Shown here: positions 32,063 to 40,755 of the stretch, piece after piece
How positions within the stretch are numbered: position 1 is the stretch's first letter
How the letters are laid out: each line of letters opens with the position of its first letter
NCBI GenBank assembly: GCA_977017575.1
Contig: CDRNVI010000039.1
Span: 248,001 to 312,000, forward strand
Length of the DNA stretch: 64,000 nucleotides
Reading direction: 5' to 3'
Origin: Paramoeba atlantica
Lineage: Eukaryota; Protista; Discosea
Program-made: the position numbers and the translations under genes
The notes under the pieces: generated by a model
Told to the model about the DNA's origin: nothing
Seen by the model: only the letters and a program-made list of their open reading frames with translations
Database searches by the model: none

Positions 32063-32807
32063 ACTTAAAAATAGATATTCACATTTAAAATATGATATTT
32101 TTTCATTTGTTTTAAAAATAGATAATGATTCATCAGACCAATATGCACATGAAACATGTTAGATCATTTCATCAAGATTAAGAAGGAATCCCCCTCCCCT
32201 AGTTAGTTTTACTAGTTAGTATATTCATTTAAAAAACACCAACGTCGGAACATAACAATGATATCAAATACAAAATAATGCATAAAACGTTTACAAAATA
32301 AACTCATAAACCCCATTCGTGTCCCTATTCGAAGATATTCGCAATTATGTTCGCAGATGGTATTCTTCTCTCTCAGCAAAACCTGTAGAAGCAGACGCTT
32401 CACACCGAGGGCCATCAAAATGGAGCGGTGCCAGGCATTAAAAAGAGAGTTTGATGAAGTAACATAAAAAAGTAAACAAAAATATATTTCCAAAGTGTAG
32501 ATTTCCATGCGATATGCATCATGAAAGAAAAATAGTGGATTACTTGTAATGAATTGAAGATACACACAGTCGAAATTCCCATAAAATTGATCCTCGAGAT
32601 CTAGATCTTCTTCCTAAGGAAAAGGACAATTCTATATGGGGAGTGAGATTTCGGTGCAACGGAGTAAGCGAGCTCCGTATCCGTCTGCAACTCATAAATT
32701 TTGAACCCAGAAGTAAAATTCATGTTCGATTCAATTGGAGACGCCGAAGTAATGTGAGTACTGGTTGCCGCGAAGATTTCCACTCTTGATATCGAGTTGA
32801 CTGCATA

Positions 32808-33811
32808 CTCCCCCTCTCATTAATTTTTATAAATTATATTTTATAACAAAAAATGAGTTATAATTATAATTATAAAAAGATATTTTGACGGGGATATTTT
32901 TCCCTTTGTTCCGTGCACGTATCGTAGCTTTTATCGTGCCTTCGAAGATGCCTTTCTGCCGATATGTAATCGGGCTGCAGACCTCTTGCCGTCAAAAACG
33001 TTTATTGTTATTCTCAGGACACAATTTACATTGTTGCCCTCTGCATTAGGTACTTGAGCAAAGAATTCTTTACAAAAACTGCCCCGGGTGAGCTTTTGCA
33101 TCGGAAAGAGTGTCATGTATTGTATAGAGGCCTGATAATAAACTGTAATGAATACAGACGAATCAAAATCATGAAAGAAATTCTGTGATTCTAAGGTATA
33201 CGAAAAAAAAAAGTTTTTGAAAGTTTTTAGAAAAAAATAAAGTAACTTTAAAGTACTTTCTTGAAAGTTTCAAATTTTCCGCAAACCCGTTTTTTTATCA
33301 AAATATACTAGAATGGAAACTCGAATTAACTAAAAACATTGAGAACTCAGTCAAGCTTTTTCTCATCCGTGCAATGTAACTTGCGATGAATTTTCATCGA
33401 AGGTCCCCCTACCCAGAAAACGGTAGTTGGTCGGCGTTAGTACCATCAGTGAGATGGCAATTCCAGGGAAGACTACGAGGAGGTTCTGACCTTACTTCTC
33501 CACATCGAGTTTGCATCCAACTTTTAGAGAAAGTTGCTTTTTACATAAACGATATCTTTATCGTAATTTTCTTACCATTATTCTCCACCATAGAAACCAA
33601 CCACTTTCTCTTCTCTGAAAGAAACCGCTGTGAAGGACGCCCATGAAGTAATCCATTTTCAGTAGAACAAAAGAGTCATTTTTGTTTGCTTCGAAACATA
33701 ATTTAAAAAGAATACTTGAATTTGTTTGTTGATTTATAAAAATTAATGAGAGCGCATAAAACGAATTTTTATAACTCAGAATCCATTTATAAAAATTAAT
33801 GAGAGGGGGAA
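32808..33811. mobile_element. ~1004-bp TIR element of the CTCCCCCTCTCATT family, flanked by TA
   Basis: Left end ctccccctctcattaatttttataaat. Right-end reverse complement ttccccctctcattaatttttataaat (26/27). TA at 32806-32807 and 33812-33813. Shares its termini and a gttataattataattata motif with the element at 4668-4991. Confidence 0.85.
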
Positions 33812-33913
33812 TATACAAATTATGTACTCTCCAGGACGTTTTTCCAGGACGTGAATGGTGCGCATAGCTGCAATAATAATTTTTGTAATAATATTTATTA
33901 ATTTCCGTCGCTA

Positions 33914-34014
33914 CGTTAAACGAGGTGGTTGTTTTCAACTTAGAAGGCACCACAGTTGCGCGCTTCGCGTTGAAAACTACCTCAGCGTTTAACGAAGAGC
34001 CTAAAAAAGAAAAA
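33914..34014. repeat. Hairpin copy B, inverted relative to copy A, with one arm truncated
   Basis: Reverse complement of 6429-6529 with a few substitutions. The 29-nt spacer at 33940-33968 is the same length as in copy A. Confidence 0.88.
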
Positions 34015-34107
34015 TTGACGAAAGATCATGCATATTATATTCTCTTTTTGGGGGTGTTCACTCGTGCGACAGTGCGCGCTTCCCTTTCTTGTCATGCGTA
34101 GGAGCCC

Positions 34108-34656
34108 TTGATAGAAATGCATAGTTCGCACCCATGCCACGGAGGTTGTCACGGAGGCAAACACCATTATCTATCGTCCCATCTCGGGTTGTGGTGGGGC
34201 TCTCCTAGGAGGAGTGATACAGATTCCTACTATCTTTGGGACTTTTTTCATAATCTTCGTCAGCAGAGGCGTATTGTTGGATATAAGGGGGTCACAAATG
34301 GAGATTTGTTTTACGAACTGGGCAATAAACTACGCGAACTAAAACATGATTCCTTCTCGGTTTGTATGTGCAAAGTCAAAAGTCATTGTGGAAATAAATG
34401 GAATGAGGAGGCGGATGGATTGGCACTCATGAAAGCACGAAAAATTTCTCGACCTCCAGTGCAGAAAAGGAGGAAAACAACTGAAGACTCCGAGGAATCT
34501 CAAACAAATGAAACCTTAGAAAAACTGATGAAAAATAGAGCCTTAGAAAAGGGAAAGCCGAAACCTTTTCCAGCGGCCAAGCGCGGAGCTGAGGCAAAAG
34601 AGAAACTCCGGGGGAAAGTAGCGAAAACTGGTGGAAAGAGGAAGCCTTCCGAGTAG
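34108..34656 (+). pseudogene. Ribonuclease H fragment, probable retroelement remnant
   Basis: DTDSYY, NGDLFYEL and KVKSHCGNKWNEEADGLA match the C-terminal half of RNase H. The first Asp and Glu motifs are not seen in frame. Antisense to all neighbouring genes. Confidence 0.72.
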
Positions 34657-34753
34657 GGGTTGATAGGACGGAAGTGTTTTCCCCCAGTAGGTTTAGGGTA
34701 CCCTGAGGAATATGTATCAAATTAGTGAAACGTAATGTGTGTTTTCAGGAATA

Positions 34754-34799
34754 GTGCACATACGTATGTACATATGTATGCGCATATACATATGTATAT
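34754..34799. repeat. 46-nt strictly alternating purine-pyrimidine tract
   Basis: gtgcacatacgtatgtacatatgtatgcgcatatacatatgtatat. Confidence 0.85.
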
Positions 34800-34877
34800 T
34801 AACTCTAAATTTGGAGGTGGAAGAGTATAAGTTTAAGGGAACAATGTTAAGTATTCTAACCGACTTACGTCGGTCTA

Positions 34878-35252
34878 TTGGATTGGACTGGAGGAGGAGT
34901 GATCACTTCGACGAAGTCCACGTTTGTAAATACCATCTCTAGGGACGATTTTCTTAGCACAATCCACTTCGAGGACATAGCTTCCGTCATGCGGCCTGAT
35001 TTGCTGTGCGTAGTGCACTCCCTGGGCCTTGTCCTTCAGACATCCAGAAAAAGAAAAACGGATCCTTATACGGCTCGGCTGCCTGAGGCAGACACTAAGC
35101 AAACACGTGCTTTATGGATGAGTGCTCGTCCGAACCATTTCGAGCACTACACCCACCTCGAGAGACTCGGGATAGATGACTGCAATCCGTCTTCTTTAGC
35201 TCCTTGGACCATCCTCCGCACAAGAAGTGCGCTCGTGGAGCATTCTTCCTAA
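34878..35252 (+). pseudogene. Possible decayed C-terminal region of a non-LTR retrotransposon ORF
   Basis: RALWMSARPNHFEHYTHLERLGIDDC resembles the 'L..LRTGH....HL.R.G...C' segment that follows RNase H in ingi/I-type elements. Same strand as, and downstream of, the RNase H fragment. Confidence 0.35.
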
Positions 35253-35750
35253 AACTTCGTTTCAGCTCATATTACAGCGGTACATTAACTCCCCGAACCA
35301 TACTCGGTAGTCTGTGTATCGTATTGTACTAACGTTATCGGCTGCACGGAATAGAAATGCTATAATGTGTGTCATAATTCAATCAGATTTAATTTACATA
35401 CTTAGTGGAAAACGCGTAAATTGGAAATAAGGAGAACACTATATTCTACTATGCAGCCTTGTACTCATGGTAAAAATCACCATTTTCTATTTTTATGCAT
35501 ACGTTTTCATTCCGAGAGATTTGATGTCATTTAAAGATATGATAATCCAAAGCAAGTAATGACAATTACAATAAACAATAATTTGTTCGTGTTTTTCTTA
35601 TTTTGATACCAGCCAATGTGATTGAGAGTGTACAACCTCCATACAACGGTAACCTGCATTTTAAACAGGTTAAAGTAGGGCAATTCTATGGCAAGTAAAA
35701 ACTTCCTATAAAGATGTATTACCAGGATAGGAAATGCCTAGATATGCACA

Positions 35751-38700
35751 TCATAACTGCAACACGTCAAATATTCGAGGATGAGCAGCTAAGAGATCTG
35801 CATGGATCTTAGGAAACTGTTGCAGCAAGAATGTATGACACGCTAGTAGACGAGCAAAATCAGCTCCAGGGCGTGCAACGCTACAGTACTCAGTTTCACT
35901 ATTTTGGTCAGTGCTTAAAGCATCGAATCGCGTACCCAAGATACGTACAACAACAGGATCTTTGAGATTGGAGCCCTCCAAAATTTCCATACGTGCTGTC
36001 GCTTGCTTCTCAGCTTTCAATGTGTTTTTGACACAATTGAAGGCAACGACCCACGGATCCTGCAGGGAGGTTTTGTTCACTTCGTCCGGAAGTAATTTCG
36101 AAGCAGCTTCTTTCATTGAAACGTCCGGCGTTGTACGTTTGGATGCCTGGTGTGGCCCAGCTTCTACTTCATTTTCTTGCGACGTTGACATCTTCATACG
36201 TTCCCGGAGACACATTTCTCCATACTCTGTGTCAAAAACAGACACTATATCAGGTATACGTTGCACTTTCCACTGGTTCAATGGTAAACTATGGAATTCG
36301 TAAATTTCTGGAATGTGAATTTCCATAGCTCGCATACTTGCAGCGCGTATGCTGTTTAATTTAGTAGCGCACGTTGCGGAACACAGAAACAAGACCTGTT
36401 CCGGGGAAGTGCGGCATTGTAAAGATGTAGTCCATTGCTGATTTTGGTGGTTGACTATAGTTATGGCAGTTCCAAATTCCACCTGAAGTCCATAGCGATA
36501 CTTCATGCCGTACTCAAGCAAAACTTCCGGAAGCAAACGATTCGAGGGATCATACGGATGACCTTCTAGTATACGTGTGTAGAGTTCTTGCGATTTGCCC
36601 ATAGAACGCGAGTCACTGAGGAGTTTGTCATAGACCTGATAGACGCCGTATATTTTAGAAATGCATTTCGTCTCGGACAGAACCTCACCTTTCCTATCAA
36701 GAAGTATTACTGTGTACATCTGACAAGAGGGATCCCATGCTATTTCTTCACGTGGAAGATATCCCAGTGCGAAGCGTATCGCGATCCTCATGTAACCAAA
36801 GGAGCAACATGAATGAAGAGGGATAATACTCATTTGAGTTGTATTCTGAGCAATTGGCAAATGTTGTTGCATGGGTCCCTGATCTGAAGTGCTTTGTTCT
36901 ATGCTCCGAGTATGTTCGTCGGTACATTCTTGTCGTTTTAGTAGTATATCGGGGGGGTCTTCCATAAGTGGTTCCACTATTGGAAAAATCTCAGGAAGTA
37001 ATGCTGCTATTACTTGCGTACAAGCGGCTCGTATTGCATCCTGCTTAGTTAAGTAACCACTTACGTACGTAATTTCTCGAGGCTCTAAAGGTATTTTAAT
37101 TTGCATCCTGTCAAACTCGGGAATGGTGGCAATCGATGCCGTCGCTTCCCATTCGACATCAGAATCTCCCTTACTGCGTGAAGAAACGTCAAGGGCCACT
37201 CCATATTCACACCTTAAGAGCTTCTGACATGCACTCTCTAATGTGTAATCCAATTGAGCATTCGTGTAATCTCTTATTTTGTGAAAAGCATGTATTCCCA
37301 ATACGTTTAGTTCTTTGCAGAATTCAGTTTCACTCAAAACATATTTGAACGCATCCAAAAATGCACGCAAGGGATGAAAATAGCTCGTTTGACGATATAG
37401 TGTGTGATTATCCGGCGTTTCTAGTCTGATTTCATATTTTTTTGAAGCTCTACTAAATGCTACATGCTCACTGATGGGTTTGGCATTCAAACGTGACGCG
37501 CGATATACTGCTTCTCGAAAAATACTAAGTGTGGATGTACTACTCCAATCAAAATCCTTACCAATCATTTTTTTTGGTGTTTTCTTAAGAGCTGCGCTTT
37601 GTTTCAAAGTCTCTGCTTTTGTCAAAAATCTAGTGTATTCTTCAGGAAAATGTTTTTTACATAGAGCAAGACAACCATCCGAGATCATTATAGTTTTGCT
37701 TCTTCCGATGTAGCGTGAAACGCACGAAACGCACTTGCCGTTTATAACACTCCAGAGTTCCACACAATGCAATTTTAATAATGAAAGTCGAATGGTACGT
37801 TCAATGCACCTGAGTCCAATTCTTGAGCTTGAAGTGCGAAAAAGAAATTCCAGATCTGGCAAAAGCGTCCTCTCGGGTGGAGTTGCTTGGCTTGTCTCTT
37901 CATCTTTGGTAATGCTCTTCTGCTGAGGGTTTACATACCAACTCAGCTTTTTTGTTCGTTCATAAAGAAGTGGAAAATAGCTTTGTAAAGCACCAAGTGA
38001 TGCAAGCTTGATTGCATCTTTTTTTGTAGTTGATGTGCACTTACCAATTTCTATCTGAACGCCTGTCATATCAGTACCCAAGTAAAGCGTACAGACTTGT
38101 TCTCGTTGCGAACCCGTGCTGACAATCAATATTTCCGCATTAAAAAATTTTCGTGCAGCTAAAGTAACAACTGCTACGGCATTTAGCGAGGGAGATAGAG
38201 TTAAGTCCTGAGCCGCGCTTAAGAAATGTTTCCACGCAACATATGCTTGGGTATCAGCAAGTTTTAAGACTTGGGCATATAGTTCTACGCCTGAAAATAA
38301 AGGACAGGAATTTTCTGCGCAGAACGCTGGATGAGGCGGAATAATAATGCTAAACTTTCCTTTGCCATTCCTCGGAGGAATTACTTCTTCTACAACCTGA
38401 GGCTGTAACATTCGAACAAGGCTTTGTAGTGTGTAGAAATATCCTTTGCTAAAAAGATGCATACCATGTAAGAAGGGATCCCATATGTTGAGATCCGCGA
38501 CCTCGGGATGTTCCAATACAGCAGTTTCGTACCTCTCGGGAAAAAAGATTCTTAGGGCTATCGTGTAAGCAATAGCATGGAGCTCGTCAATGTTTTGCTT
38601 TCCTGATTTTGTGAGGGGCGGAAAACGGATCACTGCCAAACAAAGCACTTTGGAATCCTCATGCAGTTCATTTTCATTGCTCTTCTCTAGTGAAGAAGCG

Positions 38701-39131
38701 TGTGATTTCCCAAGCTCATCTTTAACAAAAAATTGAGAAGTGAAGCTTAAACGATTCATGTGTAATTCAAGAGTATTTCTTGCAGTTCCATCTTTAGTGT
38801 GGGCACAAGTATTCTTAGTATTGGCGTTTTGAAGGAGTGTAAATGTAGTTGGGTGGACAATAGGGTTACGGAGGTTAGCGACCAGACGGCAATAAGTTTC
38901 ATTTTTCTCGGAAAATTCCTCTGCAAAAGTTGTAACTGATCCATTTGACGCAGAAGAATCGACACATGGTTCATTTGACAGGGATAGGGCTATTTCCTTT
39001 TTTGGAAAGTCACCTGTTTCGGGAGGATTAGAAGAAAAAGATCCACAAAAAAGCCTTGTTAAATCGTGCTCAAGGATTCGCCTTGAAAGGGTGTAGACTG
39101 TACAGCAACGAAAACAAGAGCGAAACAACAT
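35751..39131 (-). CDS. Large, probably mitochondrial protein with repeated degenerate dsRBD-like modules
   Basis: MLFRSCFRCC presequence-like start. Repeated helix motif such as TKKDAIKLASLGALQSYFPLLY, TKQDAIRAACTQVIAALLP and TKLNSIRAASMRAMEIHIPEIY. Confidence 0.7.
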   Translation of the reverse strand: MLFRSCFRCCTVYTLSRRILEHDLTRLFCGSFSSNPPETGDFPKKEIALSLSNEPCVDSSASNGSVTTFAEEFSEKNETYCRLVANLRNPIVHPTTFTLLQNANTKNTCAHTKDGTARNTLELHMNRLSFTSQFFVKDELGKSHASSLEKSNENELHEDSKVLCLAVIRFPPLTKSGKQNIDELHAIAYTIALRIFFPERYETAVLEHPEVADLNIWDPFLHGMHLFSKGYFYTLQSLVRMLQPQVVEEVIPPRNGKGKFSIIIPPHPAFCAENSCPLFSGVELYAQVLKLADTQAYVAWKHFLSAAQDLTLSPSLNAVAVVTLAARKFFNAEILIVSTGSQREQVCTLYLGTDMTGVQIEIGKCTSTTKKDAIKLASLGALQSYFPLLYERTKKLSWYVNPQQKSITKDEETSQATPPERTLLPDLEFLFRTSSSRIGLRCIERTIRLSLLKLHCVELWSVINGKCVSCVSRYIGRSKTIMISDGCLALCKKHFPEEYTRFLTKAETLKQSAALKKTPKKMIGKDFDWSSTSTLSIFREAVYRASRLNAKPISEHVAFSRASKKYEIRLETPDNHTLYRQTSYFHPLRAFLDAFKYVLSETEFCKELNVLGIHAFHKIRDYTNAQLDYTLESACQKLLRCEYGVALDVSSRSKGDSDVEWEATASIATIPEFDRMQIKIPLEPREITYVSGYLTKQDAIRAACTQVIAALLPEIFPIVEPLMEDPPDILLKRQECTDEHTRSIEQSTSDQGPMQQHLPIAQNTTQMSIIPLHSCCSFGYMRIAIRFALGYLPREEIAWDPSCQMYTVILLDRKGEVLSETKCISKIYGVYQVYDKLLSDSRSMGKSQELYTRILEGHPYDPSNRLLPEVLLEYGMKYRYGLQVEFGTAITIVNHQNQQWTTSLQCRTSPEQVLFLCSATCATKLNSIRAASMRAMEIHIPEIYEFHSLPLNQWKVQRIPDIVSVFDTEYGEMCLRERMKMSTSQENEVEAGPHQASKRTTPDVSMKEAASKLLPDEVNKTSLQDPWVVAFNCVKNTLKAEKQATARMEILEGSNLKDPVVVRILGTRFDALSTDQNSETEYCSVARPGADFARLLACHTFLLQQFPKIHADLLAAHPRIFDVLQL

Positions 39132-39350
39132 GGTTGGTAGGACCAGTAGTAAATATCAAGTTATTTAATTAGCACGTACGCGTATTATGCCTATAAGTTG
39201 CTACTTTTTTGATCACACTCCATGTAAAAAGACCAACATTGATACGTAGATATTGATACCAATATGTAGGCTTCTTTAAAAAGTTACAAGTCGTATGAAA
39301 ATACAGTACTAGTAGGATCATGTTTCGTTGATTTCATTTAATTGACCCAC

Positions 39351-39394
39351 AGTCCACAAGACTTGTGGACTATTAGTACTTGTCAAGTACTAAT
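39351..39394. repeat. Two abutting perfect palindromes
   Basis: agtccacaag-a-cttgtggact (39351-39371) is immediately followed by attagtacttg-t-caagtactaat (39372-39394). Confidence 0.93.
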
Positions 39395-39542
39395 ACCAAG
39401 ACCATACTACTGTAGCTTATTATTACACATACTACTGCAGCTAAACTGAGGTAATTAAACAAGAATCATAGGATGCTATCCTTAAGCGGCCTAATTAAGG
39501 ACCAAAAAAGTCTCGGATCAACGAAATCAAAGAGTACGAGGC

Positions 39543-40586
39543 CTACTTTCCTGATTTTGACTTTGTAAATATTGAGTGTATATTGCTAAAGTAAGGGTGT
39601 GAGAGCGCATTTTCAACTGTGATTCTATGCGTAGGTTCATATTGAAGCATCTCTCGGAGTAGATTACTGCCGTAAATTCCAACAGAACGAAAAGCGGTGC
39701 TTCGAAACAAGCTTGATTCTCGCGCGTGTGTAGACTTTATTGTGTCGATCACAACTTTTGTACCAGGATACTTGTGTAAAGAGGGCCAAGAATGAACAGT
39801 AGGAGACCCTAGATGACGGATAATTAATTTTAGTTGCTCGGATTCCGTCTTTCCTGGACAAAAAGGCTTTCCTTGTATCATTTCCGCAAATATACATCCG
39901 ACACTCCACATATCTACTGGAAAACCATAGTTTGAAGAACCTAGAATAACATCAGGTGGCCGATACCATAAAGTTACAGCTTCGTGACTATATTTTTTAG
40001 TAGGGATTCCTTCTACGCGTGCTAATCCAAAGTCTGCAAGCTGAAGCTTTTTATCTCCATCAATTAATATATTCTGTGGCTTCAAATCACGATGCACAAT
40101 GCTCTTCGAGTGGAGATAACGCAATCCTTCTAATATTTGAAAAAGGAACACCTTTATCTCGGTGTCAGGGTATAAAGGTCTTGCTACTGCATCCATATAT
40201 TTCTTTAAATCGTACTCGCAGTAGTTGAAAACAAGAGTAAGTTTTGGAAGACGAAACAAAACGTTCGAAAGTCGTATTACGTTGCGATGTTTTATATTTT
40301 TTAGAATGCAAACCTCACGAATTGCTGTAGCGGGTATTCCATCTTCGTGCTCTGTGATATTCATTCGTTTCAAAGCTACCACTTCACCAGTTACTTTATC
40401 ACGCGCCTTGTATACCACTCCATAGGTTCCTTCCCCAAGTCTATCTAGTTTTTCGTATCTTCCTTGTGCAGACATCAGTAAAAATTTCTCGACATGTAAG
40501 TAAAACTTTAAGAGGGAATTAAGACCTAATAAGATGATGGGCAACCTTGTGAAAATGAATAGGCAATGACAGTTGTGTTTTCCCAC
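39543..40586 (-). CDS. Cdc2-related kinase, CRK1-like (likely start ATG at 40475)
   Basis: GEGTYGVVYKA, PATAIRE cyclin-binding helix, HRDLKPQN, DFG, VTLWYRPPDV and DMWSVGCIFAEM. Confidence 0.93.
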   Translation of the reverse strand: MGKHNCHCLFIFTRLPIILLGLNSLLKFYLHVEKFLLMSAQGRYEKLDRLGEGTYGVVYKARDKVTGEVVALKRMNITEHEDGIPATAIREVCILKNIKHRNVIRLSNVLFRLPKLTLVFNYCEYDLKKYMDAVARPLYPDTEIKVFLFQILEGLRYLHSKSIVHRDLKPQNILIDGDKKLQLADFGLARVEGIPTKKYSHEAVTLWYRPPDVILGSSNYGFPVDMWSVGCIFAEMIQGKPFCPGKTESEQLKLIIRHLGSPTVHSWPSLHKYPGTKVVIDTIKSTHARESSLFRSTAFRSVGIYGSNLLREMLQYEPTHRITVENALSHPYFSNIHSIFTKSKSGK

Positions 40587-40755
40587 TTACAGATACTGAA
40601 TTTTGTTCAACTTAAAAATAATTTGTTTACCCCCATTTTTCGGTATAATCGTTCCGAACCCGGTGATATTTCTATTCGAGAAAACCTGCGCCATGCAGTT
40701 CATGCGTAGGAAACGATTTGTACCCCTTTCAAAAGTGCAAGATTATTACGATAAT

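Noticed and set aside
32212-32565. 117-aa minus-strand ORF
   Set aside because: AT-rich, Phe/Tyr/Ile-biased, no motif, and in a degenerate region.
32570-32805. Possible decayed LRR pseudogene interrupted by the TIR element (LDIKSGNLRGN, LDLEDQFYGNFD on the minus strand)
   Set aside because: Only two short LRR-like fragments separated by several stops; cannot be supported without an alignment.
32931-33646. Transposase remnant in the 1-kb TIR element (e.g. REDYEEVLTL in one frame)
   Set aside because: A short isolated resemblance surrounded by stops, with no catalytic motifs.
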